DNA of 64,000 nucleotides from Pseudomonadota bacterium (GTDB lineage Bacteria; Desulfobacterota; Desulfobulbia; Desulfobulbales; JAGXFP01): NCBI GenBank assembly GCA_018823285.1, contig JAHJIQ010000063.1, positions 399 to 64,398 of the forward strand, read 5' to 3'. Shown piece by piece: positions 29,324 to 40,468 of this stretch (position 1 is its first letter; each line of letters starts with the position of its first letter). The notes under the pieces were generated by a model. It saw only the letters and a program-made list of their open reading frames with translations, ran no database searches and was not told where the DNA came from. The position numbers and the translations under genes were made by a program.

Positions 29324-32005
29324 TCAGGAAAGTTCGGCGAGTCTCTTCAAGCTGTCATCAATTTTTGCCATAGTTGCCTGCAACCCTTCGACCTTGTCCT
29401 TTTCCTTGGCGATCACTTCAGCCGGTGCATTGGCCAGGAACTTGTCATTGGTAAGTTTTCCTGCGCTGCGCTGGAGGTTTAATGCCAGCTTCTCTTTTTC
29501 CCGGAGCAGTCTTTCGGTTTCTTTGGCAACATCAACGAGTCCTTTCATCGGCACGAAGATCTCAATGTCTTCGAAGATGCTGACTGCGGAACCCGCAGGG
29601 CGTTCACCATCATTGATGATCGAGATTTTTTCCGAGCGAGTCAAGCTGCAGATGGTAGATGCTTCATGTTTGAGCCTCGCTGTTTTATCCTGGTCATGAC
29701 AGATCATGATCACTTCAATGGCAGCGGAGGGATGGATCATCATCTCACTGCGGATATTCCGGATTGCGCCGATCACCCCCATCAGCAGGGAAACCGTCTT
29801 TTCGGTCTCGGTATCATCCCATGCATTTTTCACCTCGGGGAACTTTTCAGTCATCAGCGTGTTTCGTTTTCCGGGGAGTACCTCCCAGATCTCTTCGGTA
29901 ACGAACGGGGTGAAAGGGTGGAGTAATTTAAGGAGAATCTCGAGTACCGCAAACAGAACGGTTTTTGCCTGTTCCGATTTCCGGGTGTCGCTGCCGTACA
30001 GGTCGGACTTGATCCATTCAAGATACCAGTCACAGAACTCATGCCAGGTGAAATGGTAAACGGCCGAAGCGGCATCGTTGAAGCGATAGTCGTCAAGGGC
30101 CCTGCGAACGTCGGCGATGGTCCGATTGGTCCGGCTCAGGATCCAGCGGTGGGGCAGACCAAGATTTGCCACGGCGAGATTTCCGGTAACCGCCGGGTCG
30201 CAGGTATTAATATGCATCAGGGCAAATCTGGCCGCGTTCCATATCTTGTTGATAAAATGTCGATATCCTTCAATCCGGTCCTCATCGAGACGGATGTCTC
30301 TTCCCTGGGCGGCAAAAGCGGCCAGCGTGAAACGAAGTGCATCGGTTCCGTAGGTGTCCATAACCGCAAGAGGGTCGATGACATTGCCGGTAGATTTGGA
30401 CATCTTCTTGCCGTCCTTGTCCCGGACCAGGGCGTGAAGATAGACGTCCCGGAAGGGGATTTCATCCATGAAGTGGAGTCCCATCATCATCATTCTGGCA
30501 ACCCAGAAGAAGAGAATGTCAAAACTGGTGATCAGGACAGCCGTAGGGTAAAACGCAGTGAGTTCAGGAGTTTTGTCGGGCCAGCCGAGGGTTGAGAAGG
30601 GCCACAGAGCAGAAGAGAACCAGGTGTCGAGCACGTCGGTTTCCTGAACAAGTTCGGCCGAGGTGCATTTAGGACAGTGTGTCGGATCAACTGATGCGAC
30701 GATGATTTCTCCGCAGGCGCTGCAGGTCCAGGCCGGGATGCGGTGTCCCCACCAGATCTGGCGGGAGATACACCAGTCACGGATGTTGTCCATCCAGTTG
30801 TAGAAGGTGTTGTCCCAGGTTTTCGGCATGATCCGGATCCGGCCATCCCGGACGGCGGCGGTCGCCTTGTCCGCCAGGGGCCGGACCGAGACAAACCATT
30901 GCAGGGAAGTGGTTGGTTCCACTACGGTATGACAGCGATAGCAATGACCGACCCCGTGCTGATAATCATCGATGGACACCAGATAGCCCTGTGCTTCAAG
31001 GTCGGCAACGATCTGTTTGCGGCAGGCGAACCGATCCAGTCCGGCGTATTTCCCGGCAGCCTCGTTCATGACCCCGTTCTGGTCCATGATCTTCAGCAGT
31101 TCGAGATTGTGGCGTATCCCGATTTCATAATCGTCGCGGTCGTGGGAAGGGGTGACCTTGAGGGCACCGGTCCCGAAATCCTTCTGCACATGATGGTCAA
31201 AGACCACCGGAATCGTTCTGTTGGTCAGGGGGAGGAGCACGGTGAGATTTTCCATGTCCCGGTAGCGCTCATCATCCGGATGGACGGCGACACCCGTATC
31301 GCCGAGCATCGTTTCGGGGCGGGTGGTGGCGACGACCAGATGGCCGCTGCCGTCGGCAAAGGGGTAGCGGATATTGTAGAGCTTGCCGTTGGTCGGCTCA
31401 TGCTCCACCTCATCGTCGGCCAGGGCGGTATGGCAGCGCGGGCACCAGTTGACGATGTAGTCACCCTTATAGATCAGACCGTCATTGTAGAGTTTGACGA
31501 AAACCTCGCGGACGGCCCGGGAGAGGCCTTCGTCCATCGTGAATCGCTCCCTCTCCCAGTCGCATGAGCAGCCAAGCCTTTTCAGCTGGTTGATGATGGT
31601 GCCGCCTTTTTCCTGCCGCCATGCCCATACTCTTTCGATGAAGGCCTCTCTGCCGATGTCGTGGCGGGAGGTGCCTTCGGTGGCGAGCTGCCTTTCAACC
31701 ACATTCTGGGTGGCGATCCCGGCATGATCGGTACCCGGCAGCCAGAGGGTATTGTCGCCGAGCATCCGGTGATAGCGGGTCAGGAGATCCTGGAGGGTGT
31801 TGTTCAGGGCATGACCGACATGCAATACCCCGGTGACATTGGGTGGCGGAATGACGATACAGTATGAGGGCGCGCCATCCCGGATGGTTGCGGCGAAGGA
31901 TCTGTTTTTCTCCCAGGCGGCGAGCCATTTGCTTTCGACGGATTTAAACTCGTAGGCTTTGGCCAGTTCATGGTTTTCCTGCGGGCCGGCTGCTGATTCG
32001 GTCAT
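29324..32005 (-). CDS. valS: Valine--tRNA ligase
   Basis: PPPNVTGVLHVGH, DHAGIATQ, WCISRQIWWGH and KMSKS, with a C-terminal coiled coil. Start moved to ATG 32005. Confidence 0.98.
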   Translation of the reverse strand: MTESAAGPQENHELAKAYEFKSVESKWLAAWEKNRSFAATIRDGAPSYCIVIPPPNVTGVLHVGHALNNTLQDLLTRYHRMLGDNTLWLPGTDHAGIATQNVVERQLATEGTSRHDIGREAFIERVWAWRQEKGGTIINQLKRLGCSCDWERERFTMDEGLSRAVREVFVKLYNDGLIYKGDYIVNWCPRCHTALADDEVEHEPTNGKLYNIRYPFADGSGHLVVATTRPETMLGDTGVAVHPDDERYRDMENLTVLLPLTNRTIPVVFDHHVQKDFGTGALKVTPSHDRDDYEIGIRHNLELLKIMDQNGVMNEAAGKYAGLDRFACRKQIVADLEAQGYLVSIDDYQHGVGHCYRCHTVVEPTTSLQWFVSVRPLADKATAAVRDGRIRIMPKTWDNTFYNWMDNIRDWCISRQIWWGHRIPAWTCSACGEIIVASVDPTHCPKCTSAELVQETDVLDTWFSSALWPFSTLGWPDKTPELTAFYPTAVLITSFDILFFWVARMMMMGLHFMDEIPFRDVYLHALVRDKDGKKMSKSTGNVIDPLAVMDTYGTDALRFTLAAFAAQGRDIRLDEDRIEGYRHFINKIWNAARFALMHINTCDPAVTGNLAVANLGLPHRWILSRTNRTIADVRRALDDYRFNDAASAVYHFTWHEFCDWYLEWIKSDLYGSDTRKSEQAKTVLFAVLEILLKLLHPFTPFVTEEIWEVLPGKRNTLMTEKFPEVKNAWDDTETEKTVSLLMGVIGAIRNIRSEMMIHPSAAIEVIMICHDQDKTARLKHEASTICSLTRSEKISIINDGERPAGSAVSIFEDIEIFVPMKGLVDVAKETERLLREKEKLALNLQRSAGKLTNDKFLANAPAEVIAKEKDKVEGLQATMAKIDDSLKRLAELS

Positions 32006-32006
32006 C

Positions 32007-33050
32007 TTACTTAACGCTCCAGGGTTTCGGTAAAAAGATATGGGTATAAAGATCCAGGGCATAATGATCGGTCATGCCGGCGATGAAATCACAGACAGAA
32101 CGGTGACGGGCGGTTTCATCGGCGGCGGTCTCTTCGCTTTCGAAGAAATCATCGCTGTTCAGAAAATGGTCATACAACTCCCGCAGGATCTTCTGGGCTT
32201 TGATAAAGTCATCGTGCACCCGGTGGGCATCGTACACATGTTCATACAAAAAGGAACGCAGGTCGCTGATCGCCGCAAGAACCGGCCCGCTCATCGCGAG
32301 CCTTTCCCCGTTGTTCCGGCGGGTATTGGTGATCAGATCCCGGACCATGGCGCCGATCCGGTCCGAGTGGGAGGCGCCGAGGACTGAACGGATATCTTTC
32401 GGAACTGTTCCTTCGTCAAGAATCTCGGCCCGGATCGCATCGTCCAGATCGTGGTTGACGTAAGCGATGATATCCGCCACCCTGACCAGCTGTCCTTCAA
32501 GGGTTCGCGGCATGCCGCGCAGATCGTTGGGCAGGATGTCCTTTCGCCCCTTCGAATGCTTGACGATGCCGTCACGAACTTCATCGGTAAGGTTTAAGCC
32601 GAGCCCCTTTTTTTCGAGAACGTCCACCACCCGCAGGCTCTGGATATAGTGTCTGAATCCGCCGGGATGCAGATCATTCAACACCGACTCGCCGGCGTGA
32701 CCGAAGGGGGTGTGGCCCAGGTCGTGGGCGAGGGCTATCGCTTCGGCCAGATTTTCATTGAGCCGGAGTGATGCGGCAACGGTTCTCGCAATCTGTGCCA
32801 CTTCAAGAACGTGGGTCAGTCTGGTCCGGTAATGGTCGCCGGTCGGGGCGAGAAACACTTGGGTTTTATGCTTCAGGCGGCGAAAGGTCTTGGAATGGAT
32901 GATCCGGTCGCGATCACGCTGGAAAGCGGGTCTGATATCGCACTCCGGCTCTTGCCGCAACCGGCCTCGGCTGTTGCGGCTCAAGCACGCATAGGCGGAC
33001 AGCGACTGAGCTTCGCGTTCTTCCTGTTCTTCACGGATGAGACTGCTCAT
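32007..33050 (-). CDS. dgt: Deoxyguanosinetriphosphate triphosphohydrolase
   Basis: FQRDRDRI, FRRLKHKTQV, RTRLTH, HDLGHTPFGH and DFIAGMTD. Confidence 0.95.
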   Translation of the reverse strand: MSSLIREEQEEREAQSLSAYACLSRNSRGRLRQEPECDIRPAFQRDRDRIIHSKTFRRLKHKTQVFLAPTGDHYRTRLTHVLEVAQIARTVAASLRLNENLAEAIALAHDLGHTPFGHAGESVLNDLHPGGFRHYIQSLRVVDVLEKKGLGLNLTDEVRDGIVKHSKGRKDILPNDLRGMPRTLEGQLVRVADIIAYVNHDLDDAIRAEILDEGTVPKDIRSVLGASHSDRIGAMVRDLITNTRRNNGERLAMSGPVLAAISDLRSFLYEHVYDAHRVHDDFIKAQKILRELYDHFLNSDDFFESEETAADETARHRSVCDFIAGMTDHYALDLYTHIFLPKPWSVK

Positions 33051-33143
33051 GGTTAAAGAATGCCTTTCTTTCTGCCGGACAAATAATAAATAAAAACAGT
33101 CTGTTTTTTACTGGGAAAAGGGTTCCGGGTCAAGGTGTTCCCT

Positions 33144-35126
33144 TCAGGGCAATTCCTCACCGAGTTCGGCTTCGGTTTTTTCAATTCGCGCCGAGATTTC
33201 CTCCCAGCTGTCATAGGCCCGTTTCAGTTGGCGGTCCACGGTGGTGTATTCCCTGCTCTTTTCCGAGAAGGCCTCCTGGTTCTGGTAGAGTTCCGGATCG
33301 GCAAGAATTTCTTCCAGTTTCGCTTTCTGTTCTTCCAGTTCCGCAACCTTTTTTTCGATTCCGGCGGCCTCTTTTTTCAAGGGTCCGAGAACCTTGCTTT
33401 TTTCAGCCCGCGCTTTTGCAAGCGCCTGTCTCGCTTCCTTGCCGTACACCTTTTTGCCGGAGTCATCCTCCACTGCCGAGGGGGCTTCCGACTGTCTGAT
33501 ATTTGCCGCGGAATCCAGGGTCGCTCTGGTCTTTTCCAGATAATAGGCGATGTTCCCGTCGTAGACCGTTCCGGCGCCGTTTTTGATTTCCAGGACCTTG
33601 TTGATGAAACTGTCGGCAAAATAACGGTTGTGCGAGACCACAATGATCGAGCCGTCATACTGGGCCATCGCTTCCTGCAGAATCTCCTGGGATTGCATGT
33701 CGAGATGGTTGGTCGGCTCATCCATGATCAAAAGGTTTGCCGGAGAAGAGATCATCCTGGCTAAAGCCAGCCTGCTTTTTTCTCCCCCGGAGAGGACCAT
33801 TACCTTTTTGTCGACCTCGTCGCCGCGAAAGAGAAAGGTGCCGAGAAGAGAGCGGATCTGGGTGACGGTCAGGTTGTTATCGACACTCATCATCACCTCC
33901 ATGACCGTGTAATCGCCGGGAAGTTCCTGGGCCTGATGCTGACCGAAGTACGAGATGATGACGTTGTGGCCGCTTCGGATTCTGCCGCTGTCCGGTTTGG
34001 TCAGTCCGGCCAGGAGTTTGACCAGGGTTGACTTGCCGGCGCCGTTTACGCCGACGATGCCCATTTTTTCACCACGCTGCAGCTCGAAGGTGAGATCGGT
34101 GAAAACATCCTTGCTGCCGAAACTCTTGGCCAGATTCTCGGTGGCAATCGAAAGTCGGCCGCTCGGGGCGGCGGGTGGAAACCTGAAGGAGACCTGCTGA
34201 TCGGTGTCGTCGAGTTCAATGATCTCCATTTTTGCCAGTTGCTTGACCCTGCTCTGGACCTGGCTTGCCTTGGTGGATTTGGCCCTGAACCTTTCGATGA
34301 AGCGTTTGGTCTGCTGGATCTGGGCCTGCTGGTTTTCATAGGCGGCGCGCTGGACTTCCATCCGGATATCTTTTTCGGCGACATACTTCGAGTAATTGCC
34401 CTTGTAAATCGTGAGCTGGCCCAGGGAAAGCTCCCAGGTCGAGGTGGTGATGGTGTCGAGGAAGGTCCGGTCGTGGGAAATAATGACCAGGGCGCCGGTG
34501 TAGTTTTTCAGAAAATCTTCCAGCCAGGTCAGCGATTCGATGTCGAGGTGGTTGGTGGGCTCGTCAAGAAGCATGAAAGTGGGGCTTGCCAGGAGTTGTT
34601 TGGCGAGCATCAGCCGCATGATCCAGCCGCCGGAAAAGCTCTTGCATTCGCGCTGCATGTCCTCATCGGAAAAGCCGAGACCGTGCAGGATCTTCTCAAT
34701 GCGGGATTGCATGCTGAAGATATCCGCCTGGTCGAGAAGGATCTGCAGTTCCCCCTGCTCCTCAAGAAGTGCGGCTATATGTGGCGAAGAAGGGTCGCTG
34801 GCCGCCAGTTCATGGTTCAGCTCGTCCATTCGCTCTTTATACTTGAGGGTTTCGGCAAAGGCCGCCTCCGCCTCCTGATACACGGTGCGGCCGGGAGGAA
34901 TGGCGGTGACTTCCTGGGGGAGGTAGCCGATGGTGGCCATTTTTGAGCGGATGATGACCCCGGAGTCGGTTTCGATCTGGCCGACAATCATTTTCAGCAG
35001 GGTGGATTTGCCGGTCCCGTTGACCCCAACCAGGCCGATGCGGTCGTGGTTGTTGATCCGGGCGGAAATGTCCTTGAAGATGTACTTCTTTCCGTACTGG
35101 AGATTGAGCTGGTTGACACTGATCAT
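33144..35126 (-). CDS. ABC-F family ATP-binding protein
   Basis: Two ABC domains (GVNGTGKS/FSGGW/DEPTNHLD and GVNGAGKS/LSGGE/DEPTNHLD), no TM segments, C-terminal coiled coil. Confidence 0.95.
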   Translation of the reverse strand: MISVNQLNLQYGKKYIFKDISARINNHDRIGLVGVNGTGKSTLLKMIVGQIETDSGVIIRSKMATIGYLPQEVTAIPPGRTVYQEAEAAFAETLKYKERMDELNHELAASDPSSPHIAALLEEQGELQILLDQADIFSMQSRIEKILHGLGFSDEDMQRECKSFSGGWIMRLMLAKQLLASPTFMLLDEPTNHLDIESLTWLEDFLKNYTGALVIISHDRTFLDTITTSTWELSLGQLTIYKGNYSKYVAEKDIRMEVQRAAYENQQAQIQQTKRFIERFRAKSTKASQVQSRVKQLAKMEIIELDDTDQQVSFRFPPAAPSGRLSIATENLAKSFGSKDVFTDLTFELQRGEKMGIVGVNGAGKSTLVKLLAGLTKPDSGRIRSGHNVIISYFGQHQAQELPGDYTVMEVMMSVDNNLTVTQIRSLLGTFLFRGDEVDKKVMVLSGGEKSRLALARMISSPANLLIMDEPTNHLDMQSQEILQEAMAQYDGSIIVVSHNRYFADSFINKVLEIKNGAGTVYDGNIAYYLEKTRATLDSAANIRQSEAPSAVEDDSGKKVYGKEARQALAKARAEKSKVLGPLKKEAAGIEKKVAELEEQKAKLEEILADPELYQNQEAFSEKSREYTTVDRQLKRAYDSWEEISARIEKTEAELGEELP

Positions 35127-35330
35127 TTTACATTGATTTCTTTGAGGGTGATAAAGGATGCATTATTTAACATAGAAACGGTTCCTTATCCATACCTTAA
35201 AGTGAAACTTTACCAATGGATATTCAGAAAAAATCCGTTAATGTAATCCTTGAACCGTATCAACGTTCCGCTGCCGATTTTCAACGTAAACATCCTGTCT
35301 GAACTGATGCGCCGGGAGGGTCATCGAACC

Positions 35331-36152
35331 ATGAAAGATGAAGGAAAGGTTTTTGTCAGCGCCTTCAGCGGGTGGCAGGGATGCCTCGACCGGTTGCTTG
35401 ATGAGATCGGTCTACCTGAAATCATCGGGAAAAAGAATCCTGTCCTGATCAAACCGAACCTGGTGGAGGCTCTGGCGCCGCCGATCACCACCCCGGTGGA
35501 ATTGATTGACGAGCTGATCGGGTACCTGCGGACAAAAAACCCCGCTCTTGAGATCATCGTCGGTGAGGGGTCCGGGGCCAAGGAGTATGACACGATGCAT
35601 GCTTTCCGGGAACTCGGATATGTCGGGCTTGCCGAAAAGCGTGGGGTGCGGCTTGTTGATCTGAACAGCGAGCCCTTGCGGAGACTTTCGCTTGAGAAAT
35701 GCCGGCGCTGGCCCGAGATGTACCTTCCCGAACTGGTTCTTGATTCTTTTCTGCTCTCCGTCCCGGTGCTGAAGGCGCACAGTCTGGCCAGCGTCACCAT
35801 CACCATGAAGAATATGATGGGGTGTGCGCCTCCGGCCCATTATCAAAAAGGCGGGCACTGGAAAAAAGCGTCATTTCATGCCGATGTCCAGGCGGCGGTT
35901 CTCGATCTGAACCGCTATCGGACGCCGGATTTCACCATTCTTGACGCAACGGTCGGGATGGAGAAGGCCCATCTCTGGGGGCCGACCTGCAATCCGCCGC
36001 ATCGGAAATTGGCTGCGGCAGTCGATCCGGTGGCGTTGGATGCGTATGGCGCAGGACTTCTTGGGCGTGACTGGCAAGGGATCGGCCATATCCGGGGCGC
36101 CCATGGCGAACTGGGAAAAGCGTCACCCCTGGAAATTATCACCTGTGAGTGA
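35331..36152 (+). CDS. DUF362 domain protein
   Basis: VLIKPNL, GEGSG, VPVLKAH, TMKNMMG and DPVALD. Confidence 0.88.
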   Translation: MKDEGKVFVSAFSGWQGCLDRLLDEIGLPEIIGKKNPVLIKPNLVEALAPPITTPVELIDELIGYLRTKNPALEIIVGEGSGAKEYDTMHAFRELGYVGLAEKRGVRLVDLNSEPLRRLSLEKCRRWPEMYLPELVLDSFLLSVPVLKAHSLASVTITMKNMMGCAPPAHYQKGGHWKKASFHADVQAAVLDLNRYRTPDFTILDATVGMEKAHLWGPTCNPPHRKLAAAVDPVALDAYGAGLLGRDWQGIGHIRGAHGELGKASPLEIITCE

Positions 36153-36169
36153 ACCCGCAAGCAAATGAC

Positions 36170-36403
36170 TCAACTTTCAGAGTTTGGCTAATCTTTCGAT
36201 CATAAAGGGGTTTTGGCGATTTGTTCGAGTCTGTGTTCCATAAGAAGCCAGAAGCCAGGAGTCAGAAGCCAGGAGAAAAGCTTTAAAATCAGTCATTCTG
36301 GCTCCTGACTTCTGGCTCCTGAATTCTCATCCTGGAACGCCACTATGGCACTGAACCATTTTATGACATCAATCCAACAACAGAAGACAAGTCTGAAAGT
36401 TGA
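36170..36403 (+). mobile_element. MITE-like element, copy A (234 bp, diverged)
   Basis: 12-bp perfect TIR TCAACTTTCAGA/TCTGAAAGTTGA. Collinear with copies B and C. No target duplication visible. Confidence 0.85.
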
Positions 36404-36404
36404 T

Positions 36405-37229
36405 TCAAAAAACACTGCCGGGTTTCTTGGCGAGGCCGATCTCCTGGGTGACCTGGGTTGCCAACTCTTCTATTGATTTGCCGGTTGAATTGATGATCGG
36501 GATTTTTTCCCGCTGGAATATCTGTTCGGCCTGGGTCAGTTCTTCGGTACAGGTGGAAAGTTTCGCATAACGGCTGTCCGGGTAACGTTTTTCCCGCATG
36601 CCCCGCAGGTGTTCAGGGGTGGTGGTGAGGGCGACCGCCCGTTTCCGGTTCCGTTTCACGCCGTCGGGAAGGTCGAGCTTGCTCAAGTATTCGACGGTGA
36701 GAGGGAAATTGGCCGCTTTCAGGCCGAACTGGGTTGCCAGATAAACGCTGACCGGGGTTTTGCCGGACCGGGAAACACCGAGCAGGATCACATCGGCATC
36801 GTCAAATTCGTTGATCCGGGTGCCGTCGTCATGGTCCAGGCAGAAGTGGATGGCCTCAACCCGGCGGGCCATGGTTACGTTATCGCCATGCCTTGAAAAT
36901 CCCGGAACCCGAAGCGCCCTCGCTTCCAGGCAGTTTTCCAGCGGTTCCAGCAGAAAATCAAACACATCGAAAAATTCCACTTCCGGCGACCGGAAAACAT
37001 TCCTGACTTCCTGGTCCATAATGGTGCTGAAGACGATCGGGCGTCTGCCGAGAGACTGGGCAAGGATGTATTCGAGGGTTTTTTTTGCATCCTTGACGCT
37101 GCGCACGTAAGGGAATTTTTCTTCATGGAAGCTGATTTCGGGAAACTGGCAGAGCATCGACTGGGCCAGATTGGTGATCATGATCCCGGTGCTGTCGGAT
37201 ATATAATAGATATCTTTTGATTTCCACAT
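36405..37229 (-). CDS. ppsR: PEP synthase/PPDK regulatory protein (kinase/pyrophosphorylase)
   Basis: ISDSTG, HFCLDHDDG, LGVSRSGKTP, ANFPL and SIEELAT (DUF299). Confidence 0.95.
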   Translation of the reverse strand: MWKSKDIYYISDSTGIMITNLAQSMLCQFPEISFHEEKFPYVRSVKDAKKTLEYILAQSLGRRPIVFSTIMDQEVRNVFRSPEVEFFDVFDFLLEPLENCLEARALRVPGFSRHGDNVTMARRVEAIHFCLDHDDGTRINEFDDADVILLGVSRSGKTPVSVYLATQFGLKAANFPLTVEYLSKLDLPDGVKRNRKRAVALTTTPEHLRGMREKRYPDSRYAKLSTCTEELTQAEQIFQREKIPIINSTGKSIEELATQVTQEIGLAKKPGSVF

Positions 37230-37429
37230 GGTAAATTCCGAAAAAGATGGTTTATATGACCTGAATAATGACCGTACGGATCAGGCATGTTTTTCATTGA
37301 CTTGAACGGTTTCTGTTTTGTTATACTGAACAATAGCAAATTTAACAATCAGCTGAAAAATCATATTTTCTTTTTCTGCGGGGGAACTGGAATGAATGAT
37401 GCTTCTCTGACTGATATCCGGAGCCTGCC

Positions 37430-38233
37430 ATGAACCGTCATCAAGTTTCACTCCTGTTTCTTGCGCTTCTGTTTCTCTTTCCAGCCACGTCGTTTGGTGC
37501 GGCAACCCTTGAGATTCCCGGAACCGGCGATTCCCAGGCCCTCCTCAGGGATCTGGCGGCGGCCTTTAATGCCGGTCAGCAAGAGATTGAGGTTGTCATT
37601 CCCGATTCAATCGGTTCCGGCGGGGCGATTAAATCGGTGGCCGGCGACAAGAATGAACTGGGGCGAGTTGCCCGGCCGATCAAGAAAAAGGAACAGCGCT
37701 ATAACCTGAATTATTTGCAGTTTGCCGCATCCCCAGTGGTTTTCGCGGTAAGCGGCAATGTCGGCGGAGTGGACAATCTGACCCCGGAAGAGGCTCTGGC
37801 TGTGTACGCGGCAAAAACCACCAACTGGAGCGCTCTTGGCGGCCCTCCGGAGAGCATCTACCTGATCGGCAGGGAGCCCGGGGATTCGTCAAGAGAAGCT
37901 GTGGAAGAGATTGTTCCCGGGTTTGGCGGCATAGAAAATTATTCCGGGATTGTTGCCTATTCAACTCCTGAAGCTGTGGATATGCTGGCAACCCATGACA
38001 ACAGCATTGCCTATCTTCCTTTCAGTATGACTTCCGGCAGAAATGTCAGGGTTCTGAAATTCGGCGGGAAAGGACCTCTTGATCCCGGTTACCCCTTGCT
38101 CACGCCTTTCGGGATGGTCTGGAAGGGTAAAATGTCCGGCCCCGCAGCCGGATTCATGGACTTTATCTTCTCCGATCGGGGGCGAAAGATCATAACCGCT
38201 GCCGGAGCGGTGGCGGTTGCCCGGAAACCCTGA
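37430..38233 (+). CDS. PstS-like periplasmic substrate-binding protein, no ABC transporter adjacent
   Basis: Signal peptide ending SFG-A; SIGSGGAI, VARP and REPGDSSR motifs of the PBP_like_2 family. Confidence 0.8.
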   Translation: MNRHQVSLLFLALLFLFPATSFGAATLEIPGTGDSQALLRDLAAAFNAGQQEIEVVIPDSIGSGGAIKSVAGDKNELGRVARPIKKKEQRYNLNYLQFAASPVVFAVSGNVGGVDNLTPEEALAVYAAKTTNWSALGGPPESIYLIGREPGDSSREAVEEIVPGFGGIENYSGIVAYSTPEAVDMLATHDNSIAYLPFSMTSGRNVRVLKFGGKGPLDPGYPLLTPFGMVWKGKMSGPAAGFMDFIFSDRGRKIITAAGAVAVARKP

Positions 38234-38284
38234 TCCGGAGAGGGAATGATGTCTGAAAAAAGTCATACTGGGGGAAGCTGAATT

Positions 38285-40468
38285 TTGTTTCGTTCCATCC
38301 GAGGAAAACTTCTCGTCTCGCATCTTTCGATTTTCCTGGTGCTCATGTTTATGGGCCTTGCCGGGATTTTTCTGCTTTCCAGTCAGCAGGAAAAAAATTC
38401 CATGGCCCGGCTGCAGATGATTTCCGATCACACCGCAAAAATGGTAGGTAAGGACCTTTTCTTCGTCGGAGATATGTTGAAAACAATCTGCGAGAGCCAG
38501 GTGGTTACCAGATTTGCCGATTCCTTTCAGGTCCCTGCCCTGGCAAAATACTTTGCGGAGCAGCACTCCACGTTCTCCGAGTTGAGCTTTATCGACAGTG
38601 GGGGCTATGAAGAGCTGCGGATTGTGATGGGTGTGGAAAGCGATGGGAACCGGGAGATGAAGGACAACCCCTTCTTTCTGAAGTCAAAAGAGCTTCCCGG
38701 GGAAACCTTCATCGATCATACGATCGATATCGATGAGACCGGAATTCATATTCATTTTATTCGCGGTCTGAAACGTTATTTCGGCGATCAGTTTGTCGGC
38801 AGTGTCTATGCAAGATATGACCTCGGGATGTTTTCGCAGACCCTGAGTATGATGGAGGTCGGGAAAGGCGGGCTTATTATCCTGGTGGATGAGGTCGGGA
38901 GAATGATTGCCTCTCCCGGCGGTTTTGCCACCGGAGGGGAGATTTTCGCCTTGGCTCCGGACCGCGACAGGATACTCGACGATATTAAGGCAGGGAGGAA
39001 ATTTTCCTTCCGCGGAGAGGTAGCCGGGCAGGATTGCTTTCTGGTGTCATCACCTATAGAAAATGCCCCCTGGGTCGTGATCACCGCCCAGCCATATGAT
39101 ATTTTCATGGAGGAAATCAAGCGGTTCAAGGGGCTTTATATGCTGCTGCTGGCCGCTACGGGCTGCCTGGGCTGGGTCCTGGTGTATATTCTGGCGGATC
39201 GCCTGACGTTCCCGATTCTGAGCTTGAGGGATCAGGTCAGCAAGATTACCCGAGGGGTTGCCGATACGATTGATCTTGAATCCCGGGATGAGGTCGGTGA
39301 ACTGGTCCGGTCGTTTAACGAGATGCTGGTCGAACTCAGGGAAACCTCCGTTTCGAGAGATTTTCTCGACAAGGTCATCAACTCCATGAATGATATCCTG
39401 GTCGTCATCGGCCGCGACGGCAGGGTGGAAAGGGCCAACCTGCACGCCCGTGAAGTCCTCGGCTACAGTTTGAAAGAGGTCCTTGCCCTGCATTTACAGG
39501 ACTTCCTGAAAGGATATGCGAATGAGGAACAGCCCTGGTATGAGGCGTTCCCGTGGCTGCTCTTCGACAAACCCGTTGAAACGGAACTGTTCGCCAAGGA
39601 TGGCCTGCTGATTCCGGTTTTGGTCACCTCTTCACCGTTTCTCGATGAAAAAGGCGCGGTGAACGGAGCGGTAATCGTGGCCCATGATATTTCCGATCGC
39701 AAGGAGGCGGAGGAAAAACTCGCCCTCTACGCCGAGCAGCTGCAGGCGAGCAACAAGGAACTGGAGGAATTTGCCTATGTCGCTTCCCACGACCTGAAAG
39801 AACCGCTTCGCAAGATCACAAGCTTCGGGGAGCGGCTCAATCTTAAATTTGGCGACAAGCTCGGGGAACAGGGCAGCGATTATCTGGCCAGGATGGACAG
39901 CGCCGCCGCCAGGATGCAGCGGCTGATCGACGACCTGCTCACCTATTCCCGGGTAAAAACCAAGGCCCGTCCTTTTGAACCGGTCGATCTGAACCGGATT
40001 GCGGCAGAGGTTCTTTCCGATCTTGAGGCGTCGATCTCCGACCGCAAGGGGAAGGTGACGGTCTCGGAACTTGCAACGATCAGCGCCGATCAGACCCAGA
40101 TGCGGCAGCTCTTCCAGAACCTGATCGGCAACGGACTCAAGTTTCACAAGGATGATGTGCCGCCGGTTATCGAGGTCTCCGGAGAGATGCTGGAGAGCGG
40201 GTATTATCAGCTTGTTTTCAAGGACAACGGGATCGGCATCGACGAAAAGTATTCCGACAAGATCTTCGGGGTTTTTCAGAGGCTGCATGGCAGAAAGGAG
40301 TATGAAGGGAGCGGGATCGGACTGTCGGTATGCCGCAAGATTGCGATCCGTCACGGAGGGGATATCACGATTTCCTCGAAGGTTGATGAAGGGTCTAAGT
40401 TTATCGTTACCCTTGATCCGGAGATGAAAAACGATGAACCGGTTGAGGGCGGGAGGAATGGCCAGTGA
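38285..40468 (+). CDS. Sensor histidine kinase (Cache-like periplasmic, HAMP, PAS, HisKA, HATPase)
   Basis: Two TM helices, SRDEVGELVRSFN (HAMP), HDISDRK (PAC), ASHDLKEPLRK, DNGIGI and GSGIGLSVC. Confidence 0.95.
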   Translation: MFRSIRGKLLVSHLSIFLVLMFMGLAGIFLLSSQQEKNSMARLQMISDHTAKMVGKDLFFVGDMLKTICESQVVTRFADSFQVPALAKYFAEQHSTFSELSFIDSGGYEELRIVMGVESDGNREMKDNPFFLKSKELPGETFIDHTIDIDETGIHIHFIRGLKRYFGDQFVGSVYARYDLGMFSQTLSMMEVGKGGLIILVDEVGRMIASPGGFATGGEIFALAPDRDRILDDIKAGRKFSFRGEVAGQDCFLVSSPIENAPWVVITAQPYDIFMEEIKRFKGLYMLLLAATGCLGWVLVYILADRLTFPILSLRDQVSKITRGVADTIDLESRDEVGELVRSFNEMLVELRETSVSRDFLDKVINSMNDILVVIGRDGRVERANLHAREVLGYSLKEVLALHLQDFLKGYANEEQPWYEAFPWLLFDKPVETELFAKDGLLIPVLVTSSPFLDEKGAVNGAVIVAHDISDRKEAEEKLALYAEQLQASNKELEEFAYVASHDLKEPLRKITSFGERLNLKFGDKLGEQGSDYLARMDSAAARMQRLIDDLLTYSRVKTKARPFEPVDLNRIAAEVLSDLEASISDRKGKVTVSELATISADQTQMRQLFQNLIGNGLKFHKDDVPPVIEVSGEMLESGYYQLVFKDNGIGIDEKYSDKIFGVFQRLHGRKEYEGSGIGLSVCRKIAIRHGGDITISSKVDEGSKFIVTLDPEMKNDEPVEGGRNGQ